Positions 28,850 through 37,374 of a stretch of 64,000 nucleotides of DNA are shown here, piece by piece; within the stretch, counting starts at the first letter, position 1; every line of letters begins with the position of its first letter. The stretch is from assembly GCF_044226135.1 (NCBI RefSeq), contig NZ_JBGAHM010000005.1, positions 66,327-130,326 on the forward strand, read 5' to 3'. The DNA comes from Methylocella sp. Lineage in GTDB: Bacteria > Pseudomonadota > Alphaproteobacteria > Rhizobiales > Beijerinckiaceae. Below the pieces are notes generated by a model that had not been told where the DNA came from, did no database searches, and saw only the letters and a program-made list of their open reading frames with translations. Both the position numbers and the translations under genes were made by a program.

Positions 28850-31209
28850 TGGCCGACATGTCTGACGGCGGCGGGAGCGCGGCGGGGAACGCGGGCGCGA
28901 TCGCAAAAGTCGGCGTGATCGGCGCGGGCGTGATGGGCGCGGCCATCGCCGCCCATGTCGCCAACGCCGGCGTTCCCGTGGTCCTGCTCGACCTCGCCAG
29001 AGACGGCGAGCCGGGGGCGCTGGCGCGCGCCGCCGTCGAGCGCATGCTGAAGGCCGATCCCGCGCCCTTCATGAGCCGCGCCGCCGCCAAGCTCGTCGCG
29101 CCGGGCGACCTTGACGCCGATTTCGGCCTTCTGTCCGACTGCGACTGGATCGTCGAGGCGGCGGTCGAGCGGCTCGACGTCAAGCAGGGGCTCTACCGTC
29201 GCGTCGAGGCGGTGAGAAAGCGCGGCGCGGCGGTCTCCTCGAACACTTCGACCCTGCCGCTCGCGGCGCTGACGCAGGGGCTGCCCGAGCGTTTCGCGGA
29301 AGATTTCCTCGTCACGCATTTTTTCAATCCGCCGCGCTACATGCGCCTTCTCGAGATCGTCGCGGGGCCGCTGACGCGCACCCAGACGGTCGCGCGCGTC
29401 GCGCGTTTCTGCGACGTCTTTCTCGGCAAGACCGTGATCTTCTGCAAGGACCGGCCGGGCTTCGTCGCCAACAGGCTCGGCGCCTTCTGGCTGCAGGCCG
29501 CCGTGTCGCTCGCGATCGCGGAGGGGCTTGACGTCGAGGAGGCCGACGCGCTTCTGAGCCGGCCGGTCGGCGTCCCCAAGACCGGCGTCTTCGGCCTGCT
29601 CGATCTCGTCGGCCTCGATCTCACGCCCCATGTGGCGCAGAGCCTTGCGGCCGCGCTCGCCCCCGACGATCCGTTCCAGCGCGTGGCGAAGCCGGCGCCG
29701 GCGCTTGAGGCGATGATTGCGCGCGGGCTCACCGGCCGCAAGGCCGAGGGCGGATTCTACCGCCTCAACCGCGCCGGCGGCGGCCGGGTCAAGGAGGCGA
29801 TCGACCTTGCGACCCTCGACTATCGCACGGCGCGCAAGCCCGCGATCGAGGCGCTCGACGAAAGCCGCGGCGACCTGCGCCGCCTGATGTCCCACGACAG
29901 CCGCGAAGGCCGATATGTGTGGCGCGTGATGAGCGGGACGCTCGCCTACGCCGCCGCGCTCGTCGGCGACGCGGCCGACGATCCGGCCGCCGTCGATACG
30001 GCGATGCGGCTCGGCTACGGCTGGCGCCACGGGCCCTTCGAGCTGATCGACAGGATCGGCGCGGGCTGGCTCGCGGACCGGCTTGCGGCCGAGGGGCGCC
30101 CCGTTCCCGATCTGCTGCGCACGGCCGCCGGGCGCGGCTTCAGCCGCGTCGAGAACGGCGCGCGCGAAACCCTTCAGGCCGACGGCGCCTATGCCCCGGC
30201 GCGCCGGGGCGACGGCGTGCTCCTGCTCGAAGACGTGAAGCTGCGCGGCGCGCCCCTCCTCAGGAATTCCGCCGCGGCGCTGTGGGACGTCGGCGACGGC
30301 GTCGCCTGCTTCGAGTTCACGAGCAAGATGAACGCGCTCGACCCTGACACGCTCGAGCTGCTGATGCGCGCGGTTCATGAAGTCGGGCGCCGTCACAGGG
30401 CGCTCGTCATTTATAACGAGGGCGAGAATTTCTCCGTCGGCGCCAATCTCGGCCTCGCGCTGTTCGCCGCCAACATCGCGATCTGGCCCGAGATCGAGAT
30501 GCTCGTCGCGCAGGGCCAGACCGCCTATCGCATGCTGAAATACGCGCCCTTTCCGGTGGTCGGCGCGCCGTCCGGCATGGCGCTCGGCGGCGGCTGCGAG
30601 ATCCTGCTTCACTGTGACGCCGTGCAGGCGCACGCCGAAACCTACATGGGCCTCGTCGAGGTCGGCGTCGGCCTCATTCCGGGCTGGGGCGGCTGCAAGG
30701 AGATGCTGGCGCGCTGGGCCGCGCACGGGCGCCTCCCCAAAGGCCCGATGCCGGCGGTCTCAACGGTTTTCGAGCTTGTCGGCACGGCGCGCGTCGCGAA
30801 ATCCGCGGCCGAGGCGAAGGAGCTTCTCTACCTTCGCCCGGGAGACGGGATCACCATGAATCGCGACCGGCTGCTCGCCGACGCCAAGGCGAAGGCGCTG
30901 GCGCTGGCGCCGGGCTACGCGCCGCCGCCGGCGCCGGCGTTCGCCCTGCCGGGGCCAAGCGGCGCCTGCGCCCTGCGGCTCGCGGCCGGCGCGTTTCGTC
31001 TCGCCGGCAAGGCGAGCGCCCATGACATGACGGTGCTTTCGGCGCTCGGGAGGGTTCTTTCCGGCGGCGACGCCGACGCGCTTTCGCCGATCGGCGAGGA
31101 CGCGCTCCTGAAGCTCGAGCGCGAGGCCTTCATGAGCCTCGTGCGCGACCGCGCGACGCTCGAGCGCGTCGAGCACATGCTGGAGACGGGCAAGCCATTG
31201 CGCAACTGA
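28846..31209 (+). CDS. bifunctional 3-hydroxyacyl-CoA dehydrogenase / enoyl-CoA hydratase
   Basis: N-terminal KVGVIGAGVMGAAIA Rossmann motif. C-terminal crotonase block VVGAPSGMALGGGCEILLHCD. ATGA overlap with the thiolase stop. Confidence 0.88.
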   Translation: MMADMSDGGGSAAGNAGAIAKVGVIGAGVMGAAIAAHVANAGVPVVLLDLARDGEPGALARAAVERMLKADPAPFMSRAAAKLVAPGDLDADFGLLSDCDWIVEAAVERLDVKQGLYRRVEAVRKRGAAVSSNTSTLPLAALTQGLPERFAEDFLVTHFFNPPRYMRLLEIVAGPLTRTQTVARVARFCDVFLGKTVIFCKDRPGFVANRLGAFWLQAAVSLAIAEGLDVEEADALLSRPVGVPKTGVFGLLDLVGLDLTPHVAQSLAAALAPDDPFQRVAKPAPALEAMIARGLTGRKAEGGFYRLNRAGGGRVKEAIDLATLDYRTARKPAIEALDESRGDLRRLMSHDSREGRYVWRVMSGTLAYAAALVGDAADDPAAVDTAMRLGYGWRHGPFELIDRIGAGWLADRLAAEGRPVPDLLRTAAGRGFSRVENGARETLQADGAYAPARRGDGVLLLEDVKLRGAPLLRNSAAALWDVGDGVACFEFTSKMNALDPDTLELLMRAVHEVGRRHRALVIYNEGENFSVGANLGLALFAANIAIWPEIEMLVAQGQTAYRMLKYAPFPVVGAPSGMALGGGCEILLHCDAVQAHAETYMGLVEVGVGLIPGWGGCKEMLARWAAHGRLPKGPMPAVSTVFELVGTARVAKSAAEAKELLYLRPGDGITMNRDRLLADAKAKALALAPGYAPPPAPAFALPGPSGACALRLAAGAFRLAGKASAHDMTVLSALGRVLSGGDADALSPIGEDALLKLEREAFMSLVRDRATLERVEHMLETGKPLRN

Positions 31210-31280
31210 GTTTCGACGCGGCCGCCCGGGTCCGAAAGCTTGCGGCTTCCGGATGGGCGCCTTGAAGGATGACGCCGGTC

Positions 31281-33065
31281 ATGATGAGCTACAAAGCCCC
31301 GCTGCGCGACATGCGCTTCGTCCTTTACGAGCTGATGGGCGCGGACGAGGTCGCCGCCCTGCCGGGCCATGAGGAGTTCTCGCGCGAGCTCATGGACCCG
31401 ATCCTCGATGAGGCGGCGCGGCTCTGCGAGGACGTGCTCTTTCCCCTGAACCGTCCCGGCGACGAGGAGGGTTGCGCCTTTGAAAACGGCGTGGTGCGCA
31501 CGCCGGAGGGCTTTCGCGAGGCCTATCGCCGCTATTGCGAGGGCGGCTGGTCCTCGCTCGCCTGCGATCCAGCCCACGGCGGGCTCGGCGCGCCGCATAT
31601 GCTGAACGTCATGATCACCGAGATGATCTGCTCGGCCAATCTCGCCTTCAGCCTCTATCCGGGGCTCACGCATGGCGCCTATCTCTGCCTCGACGAGCAT
31701 GGCTCCGACGCGCTGAAGGCGGAGTATCTGCCCAAAATGGCGTCGGGCGAATGGTCGGGCACCATGTGCCTCACCGAGCCGCAATGCGGCACGGACCTCG
31801 GCCTCGTGCGCACGCGCGCCGAGCCGCGCGCCGACGGCTCCTATGCGCTCTCCGGCTCGAAGATGTTCATTTCGGCGGGCGAGCACGACCTGTCCGACAA
31901 CATCGTCCATCTCGTGCTGGCGCGCCTGCCCGGCGCGCCGAAGGGCGTCAAGGGCGTCAGCCTGTTCCTCGCGCCCAAATACCTGCCGCGCCAAGACGGC
32001 GCGCCCGGAGAGCGCAATGGCGTCTCCTGCGGCTCGATCGAGCACAAGATGGGCATCAGGGCCTCGGCCACCTGCGTGCTGAATTTCGACGGCGCGACGG
32101 CCTTTCTCGTCGGCGCGCCGCACAAGGGGCTGCGCGCCATGTTCTCGATGATGAACGCCGAGCGCCTCGCCGTCGGCGTGCAGGGGCTCGGCGTGGGAGA
32201 GGCGGCCTATCAGGGCGCCGCCGCCTACGCCCGCGAGCGGCTGCAGGGGCGCGCGCTGAAGGGCGCTAAATATCCCGAAAAGCCCGCCGACCCGATCCTC
32301 GTGCATCCGGACGTGCGGCGCATGCTCCTGACCCAGCGCGCCTATGTCGAAGGCTGCCGCGCGCTCGCCGCCTGGGCCGCCCGCAGCCTCGACCTCAGGC
32401 GCTCGCCCGACGCCGCGGCGCGGCGCGAGGCCGAGGATTTCGTCGCCCTCGTCACGCCGATCGTCAAGGCGCTCCTGACCGACCTCGGGACCGAGGCCGC
32501 CAATCTCGGCATGCAGATCATGGGCGGGCATGGCTACATCCGCGAGAACGGCATGGAGCAATACGCCCGTGACGCGCGCATCGCCCAGATCTATGAAGGC
32601 ACCAACGGCGTTCAGGCGCTCGACCTCATCGGCCGCAAGACGGGCGCCCACGCGGGCCGCTATCTGCGCGCCTTCTTTCATCCGGTCTCGGCCTATGTCG
32701 AGGCGAAGTCGGGCGAGGCCGCGCTCGCCGAATTCGTCGAGCCGCTCGCAAAGGCCTTCGGCCGCCTGCAGCAGGCGACGGCCGAGACCGCGCGCGCGGC
32801 GCTGCGCGACCCGGACGAAGCGGGGGCGGCGGCGACCGACTATCTGCGCCTGTTCGGCCTCGTGGCGCTCGCCTATCTGTGGGCGCGCATGGCCGAAATC
32901 GCGCTTCAGAAACAGGGCGCGGGCGAGGACGACCGTTTCTATGCGGCCAAGATCGCCACGGCGCGCTTCTACATGCGGCGGCTGCTGCCGCAGACGAGCG
33001 GGCTCGCCGCCGCGATCAGGGCCGGCGCCGCGCCCGTCATGGCCTTCGACGATCTGGCCTTTTGA
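31281..33065 (+). CDS. long-type acyl-CoA dehydrogenase
   Basis: MMSYKAPLRDMRFVLYEL N-terminus parallels the paralog at 48874..50637. TEPQCGTDL, GEHDL and IYEGTNGVQALDL ACAD motifs. Start could also be 31269. Confidence 0.88.
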   Translation: MMSYKAPLRDMRFVLYELMGADEVAALPGHEEFSRELMDPILDEAARLCEDVLFPLNRPGDEEGCAFENGVVRTPEGFREAYRRYCEGGWSSLACDPAHGGLGAPHMLNVMITEMICSANLAFSLYPGLTHGAYLCLDEHGSDALKAEYLPKMASGEWSGTMCLTEPQCGTDLGLVRTRAEPRADGSYALSGSKMFISAGEHDLSDNIVHLVLARLPGAPKGVKGVSLFLAPKYLPRQDGAPGERNGVSCGSIEHKMGIRASATCVLNFDGATAFLVGAPHKGLRAMFSMMNAERLAVGVQGLGVGEAAYQGAAAYARERLQGRALKGAKYPEKPADPILVHPDVRRMLLTQRAYVEGCRALAAWAARSLDLRRSPDAAARREAEDFVALVTPIVKALLTDLGTEAANLGMQIMGGHGYIRENGMEQYARDARIAQIYEGTNGVQALDLIGRKTGAHAGRYLRAFFHPVSAYVEAKSGEAALAEFVEPLAKAFGRLQQATAETARAALRDPDEAGAAATDYLRLFGLVALAYLWARMAEIALQKQGAGEDDRFYAAKIATARFYMRRLLPQTSGLAAAIRAGAAPVMAFDDLAF

Positions 33066-33068
33066 GCC

Positions 33069-33440
33069 TCAGCGCGCCGGGGCGGGGGCGGGGATGGAGG
33101 AAGGCGCGGGCGTCGCGTCGTGGCGCGGGCCATGGCCAAAGCACAAGAGGGCGCCGAGGACGAGCGCGGCGACCGTCGGCCCGGAGATCCAGAGGCGGCG
33201 CAGGCGCCGGCCCTGGAGGGGCGCGGCCCTGCGGGCGAGCCGCAGCGCCGGACCCTCAAGCGCGATCCACAGCCTTGCGGCGTCGCGATAGGCGCGCTCA
33301 TGGTCTGGATCGGCGTCGAGCCAGGCGGCGAAGTTCCGCTCAAGCGACGGACTGGGCTTCGCGCCGGCGCGGCGCATGAGCCAGAGCGCGGCGGCGTCGC
33401 GCTGCGCGTCGTTCGGCCCGTCGCCGCCATGCGCCGTCAT
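33069..33440 (-). CDS. FecR N-terminal (DUF4880)-like domain protein with a single TM, truncated anti-sigma-like
   Basis: DAAALWLMRRAG...ERNFAAWLDADPDHERAYRDAARLW matches the FecR cytoplasmic N-domain pattern. One TM (PTVAALVLGALLCF) is followed by only about 25 further residues. Confidence 0.55.
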   Translation of the reverse strand: MTAHGGDGPNDAQRDAAALWLMRRAGAKPSPSLERNFAAWLDADPDHERAYRDAARLWIALEGPALRLARRAAPLQGRRLRRLWISGPTVAALVLGALLCFGHGPRHDATPAPSSIPAPAPAR

Positions 33441-33602
33441 GAGTTTCGCCTTTCTGGGCCCGAGCCGCTTTTTACATCCATTCTAATAAACGAGCGAGGC
33501 CAAATTTTCCGCACATAAGGATGCGGAATTTTCCGGCCCGCCGTCGCATTTCGGCGCGGCGGCGCGGTTGAACGGGCGCGGCGGGCGGTCTAATCGAAGC
33601 CG

Positions 33603-34583
33603 ATGCCGAAACTCTCCGTCGCCGTCGAACGCTTTCCCATCGCCGGCACTTTCGCCATCTCGCGCGGGGTCAAGACCGAAGCCGTCGTGATCGTCGCGAC
33701 GCTCGAAGGCGAGGGCGCGCGCGGACGCGGCGAATGCGTCCCCTATGCGCGCTATGGCGAGAGCGTCGAACGCGCGCTGGCCGACGTCGAGACGGCGCGG
33801 GCGGCGCTCGAGGCCGGGGCCGGCCGCGACGCGCTGCAGGCGCTGCTCGCGCCAGGCGCCGCGCGCAACGCGCTCGACTGCGCCCTGTGGGATTTCGAGG
33901 CCAAACGCAGCGGGCGGCGCGTCCATGAGATCGCCGGCCTGCCGGCCCCGCGCGCGGTCTCGACCGCCTTCACCCTGTCGGTCGGGACGCCTGAAGACAT
34001 GGCCACGGCGGCGCGAAGGGCTGCGGCGCGCCCCCTGCTCAAGGTCAAGCTCGCCGGCGAAGGCGACGAAGCGCGGCTTGCGGCCGTGCGCGCGGCGGCG
34101 CCCGCGGCGACGCTGATCGTCGACGCCAACGAAGCCTGGGCGCCGCACGACCTCGAGCGCCGGCTCGAGGCCTGCGCGCGGGCCGGCGTGGCGCTCGTCG
34201 AGCAGCCGCTGCCGGCCGGGCGCGACGAGGCGCTCGCCCGGATCGCACGGCCCGTGCCCGTCTGCGCCGATGAAAGCGTCCATGCGCGGGCGGGCCTCGC
34301 GGCGCTGCGCGAGCGCTATGACGCGGTCAACCTCAAGCTCGACAAGACCGGCGGCCTGACCGAGATGCTGGCCTGCGCGAGGGACGCGCGCGCGCTCGGC
34401 TTCGATCTTTTCGTCGGCTGCATGGTCGCCTCCTCGCTGGCCATGGCCCCGGCGCTGCTCGTCGCGGGGGAGGCCCGCTATGTCGACCTCGACGGGCCGC
34501 TGCTGCTGGCGCGCGACCGCCCCGAGGGGCTCGTCTACGAGGGTTCGCAGATCCTGCCGGCCCCGCCCGCGCTCTGGGGCTGA
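33603..34583 (+). CDS. enolase-superfamily dipeptide (L-Ala-D/L-Glu) epimerase-like protein
   Basis: MR/MLE motifs: KxK (LLKVKLAG), DANEAW, VEQPL, CADES, NLKLDKTGG. Confidence 0.8.
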   Translation: MPKLSVAVERFPIAGTFAISRGVKTEAVVIVATLEGEGARGRGECVPYARYGESVERALADVETARAALEAGAGRDALQALLAPGAARNALDCALWDFEAKRSGRRVHEIAGLPAPRAVSTAFTLSVGTPEDMATAARRAAARPLLKVKLAGEGDEARLAAVRAAAPAATLIVDANEAWAPHDLERRLEACARAGVALVEQPLPAGRDEALARIARPVPVCADESVHARAGLAALRERYDAVNLKLDKTGGLTEMLACARDARALGFDLFVGCMVASSLAMAPALLVAGEARYVDLDGPLLLARDRPEGLVYEGSQILPAPPALWG

Positions 34584-34784
34584 GCGGCGCGGGCCTGCGC
34601 GCCCGACGCCTTGCGTCACGCCGCCGCGCAAGTTGACTAAATCCTATCCGCTAATAACGCCCCGTTTCGGCGAGGGCGACGCAACGTCTTTCCAGCACTC
34701 TTCATGTCAAAGCCGGCGTTACGCTGCGTCATCTCGACGATATGACGCAGCGGAGCCGCCGGCGGAGACTGGAGAGCCGGCGGA

Positions 34785-37295
34785 ATGTTTTGGATTTATC
34801 TCAAAATTGTTTGCGGTTTACGCGCGAATTCGCGGGGTCCGCGCCGGTTCGCTGCGTTAGGCGTCTTCTTCGCCGCAAGCCTGCTTGGCGCGGCCTGCGC
34901 GCCGGCGACGGCCGCGCCCTTCATCGCCGTCCGTCCGTTCACGGCGAAGCCCGGAGACGTGTTCAGCCTGCACGGATCGGGGTTTGGCGCGGCGCCGCGC
35001 ATCTTCCTCAAGGCGCTGCGCGCGCAAAAGACCGTCGAACTCGCTGTCAAGAGCGCGGAGGACGGCACGGCGGTGACGCAGGTCCCGAGATCGCTCGTCC
35101 TCGACGTCTACGAGGTCACGGTCGCGAACGGCGGCGCGACGAGCGCCCCCGCGCGCCTCAACGCGCCGGAGGCGCATCATTTCGACATGCCCGACGCCGC
35201 GCCGGGGACGCGGCTGCGCGTGTTCGGCCGCAATCTCTACATCGGCCCGCTCGCGCCGGCCGCCGTGTTCGTCGACGCGGCGAGCGGGGCCGAGCTCAAG
35301 GGGGTCGTGACGACCTCGGGCTCGAGTCCCTATGCGCTCTTTGTCACGCCGCCGGCGGGCGTCGTCGCCGGCCGCAGCTACCGGGTCAAGGTGTTCAACG
35401 GCTATGTCTGGAGCGCCCCGAGCGCCGCGACGCTGCTCGGGCGCGACCGCGGCCCGGACCCTTTCGCCGTCGGCCTGCCCTGGGCCTTCGATTTCGCGGC
35501 CACGGCCGCCGACGGGCCGGGCTACAAGGCCGGCGCCGCGGGGGCGAAGAAGGCCGACCATCATGTCTTCAACGTCAAGACCGACGTCGCCCTGTCGGTC
35601 AGGGCGAAGGGCGACGGCAAGGCCAATGACGCGGCGGCGATCCAGAACGCGATCAACCTCGCGGCGGCCTACGGCGGCGTCGTCTATCTGCCGCCGGGCG
35701 TCTATGACATCGGCTCGGCCAGCATCGACCTCAAGCCGGGCGTGGTGCTGCGAGGCTACACTGCGGCGTCGTCGAAAATCGTCTACCGGGCGACGCGGCC
35801 GGGCTTCATCATCGAGCCGGGCTCCGCGCTGACGGGCTTCGTCGACCTCACGCTCCAGAATCAGGACGCGAGCGGAGCGACGAGCAATCTTTCAAGCTAC
35901 GACCAGCCCTTCGGAAAGTTCATCATCCAGCGCGTGGTCTGGGATCTTGGCACGGGCGGCCCGATCTCCCTCAAGGGCGACCGCATCGCCATCCTGAACT
36001 CCACCTTCAGGCAAAGGGTCAATTATCTGACCGGCGATCCGGCGCAGCGCACCGGCGGGATCGGGCCGTTCAGGTTCGCCTCGGTCACCAATGTGGTCCT
36101 GCGGAACAACACGATCAGCTGGACCACCGACCAGATCTCCTTCAAGGACGTGACGGGCGCGCTCGTCGAAAACAACCGTTTCGTGCGCAGCGCCTCCGAC
36201 GTCATCGTCGCCGGTCCGGGCCAGGCGAGCTGGTCATGGCCCTTTCCCTATCCGCCGCGTCCGGTCGCGATGGGCGAGAAGGTCTCGCGCGTCATGGGCC
36301 GCCAGCTCTCGACCAATTTCGTCGCCAATCTCGTCATCCAGAACAACGCCTTCTCGACCTCCGACGGGACCATCCTGTGGAACAACAATGACGGCGAAAC
36401 CATCCTGAGCGAGGGCGGCGGCCCTTCGCCGCGCGAGGAGGCGGGGACCATCGCCTCGGTCTCGGGCGCGCAGCTTCTGGCGCGGCCCAAATGCCCGGGC
36501 TGCGGCTGGCGCGTCTATCCGGGCGCGCGGCTCTTCGTCGTCAGCGGCGCCGGCGCCGGCCAGCACAGGCGCGTCCTTTCCTGTGACGGAGACGCTTTCA
36601 CGCTCGAATCGCCCTTCGACGTCGCGCCCGCGGCGGGCGACCGCTTCTCGGTCGCCGTGCCGTCGCTCGAAAACGCGATCATCCGCAACAACACCATGTC
36701 CGGCAATCCGTTCGGCGTGGCCATGTATCACGGCGCCCATCTCAACGTGTCGGTGGTCGCCAACCAGCTTGTCGACAATGGCGGGATTTATCTGTATCCG
36801 GCGCAGAAGGCGCCGAGCGGCGCGCCGCGCGAATTCAACGTGGCGCTCAACATCGAGATCAACAACAACGCGCTGCGCAACACGAAGGGGCTGTTCCCGT
36901 CCTATGTCACGGTCAATTTCGTGATGATCTCGGAGAACGACTTCTGGGGGCGAAGCCTTTACGCGATCGAGGCGCGCGCCAACCAGATCGTCGCACGCAA
37001 GGGCACGCTGGCGCTGTTTTCCGAAGAGGGCTTCAACCACATGACCGTCTACCAGAACGCGGGCGGCGGGCCGTTTCTCGGAGGCTCGCCGAGCGCGATG
37101 CGCGGCATGGTGTTTCAGGGCGACGTCTGCGTCAATTGCCCGGTCGCCTACCGCCTCAACACCGGCTCGGTCGACACGACGATCTGGAACGCCGTGACGA
37201 GCGCTTCGGCCGGCTCCGTCTCGACCTTCCTGAGCGACCTCGCGATCGTCCCGGCCGTCGGCAAGTCCAAGGGCACGGTCGTCGGCAAGGACTAG
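34785..37295 (+). CDS. secreted IPT/TIG-like plus pectate-lyase-superfamily beta-helix protein (836 aa)
   Basis: Signal-like LGVFFAASLLGAACAPATAAP. Two Ig-like segments (FSLHGSGFG..., LRVFGRNLY...). GDGKANDAAAIQNAINLAAAYGGVVYLPPGVYDI is typical of Pectate_lyase_3/tailspike-like N-caps. NNTISW, NNAFST, RNNTMSG and NNNALRN are beta-helix turns. Confidence 0.75.
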   Translation: MFWIYLKIVCGLRANSRGPRRFAALGVFFAASLLGAACAPATAAPFIAVRPFTAKPGDVFSLHGSGFGAAPRIFLKALRAQKTVELAVKSAEDGTAVTQVPRSLVLDVYEVTVANGGATSAPARLNAPEAHHFDMPDAAPGTRLRVFGRNLYIGPLAPAAVFVDAASGAELKGVVTTSGSSPYALFVTPPAGVVAGRSYRVKVFNGYVWSAPSAATLLGRDRGPDPFAVGLPWAFDFAATAADGPGYKAGAAGAKKADHHVFNVKTDVALSVRAKGDGKANDAAAIQNAINLAAAYGGVVYLPPGVYDIGSASIDLKPGVVLRGYTAASSKIVYRATRPGFIIEPGSALTGFVDLTLQNQDASGATSNLSSYDQPFGKFIIQRVVWDLGTGGPISLKGDRIAILNSTFRQRVNYLTGDPAQRTGGIGPFRFASVTNVVLRNNTISWTTDQISFKDVTGALVENNRFVRSASDVIVAGPGQASWSWPFPYPPRPVAMGEKVSRVMGRQLSTNFVANLVIQNNAFSTSDGTILWNNNDGETILSEGGGPSPREEAGTIASVSGAQLLARPKCPGCGWRVYPGARLFVVSGAGAGQHRRVLSCDGDAFTLESPFDVAPAAGDRFSVAVPSLENAIIRNNTMSGNPFGVAMYHGAHLNVSVVANQLVDNGGIYLYPAQKAPSGAPREFNVALNIEINNNALRNTKGLFPSYVTVNFVMISENDFWGRSLYAIEARANQIVARKGTLALFSEEGFNHMTVYQNAGGGPFLGGSPSAMRGMVFQGDVCVNCPVAYRLNTGSVDTTIWNAVTSASAGSVSTFLSDLAIVPAVGKSKGTVVGKD

Positions 37296-37306
37296 CCCCG
37301 CGAAAA

Positions 37307-37366
37307 GGGGGCGGGCGCGGCCCCGCCCCCGGAGCGTCGCCGGCCGGGCGGACAGGCCCGGCCGGC
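37307..37366. terminator. two GC hairpins between convergent genes
   Basis: aaaaGGGGGCGGGcgcggCCCCGCCCCC, which gives hairpin+TTTT on the minus strand after the PMM gene, and GCCGGCCGGGCggacagGCCCGGCCGGC. Confidence 0.5.
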
Positions 37367-37374
37367 AAAAATCG

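Noticed and set aside
27602-32681. Antisense ORFs 27602..28906, 28783..30726 and 30915..32681 opposite the beta-oxidation operon
   Set aside because: Same compositional artefact. The plus strand carries thiolase, HAD/ECH and ACAD signatures.
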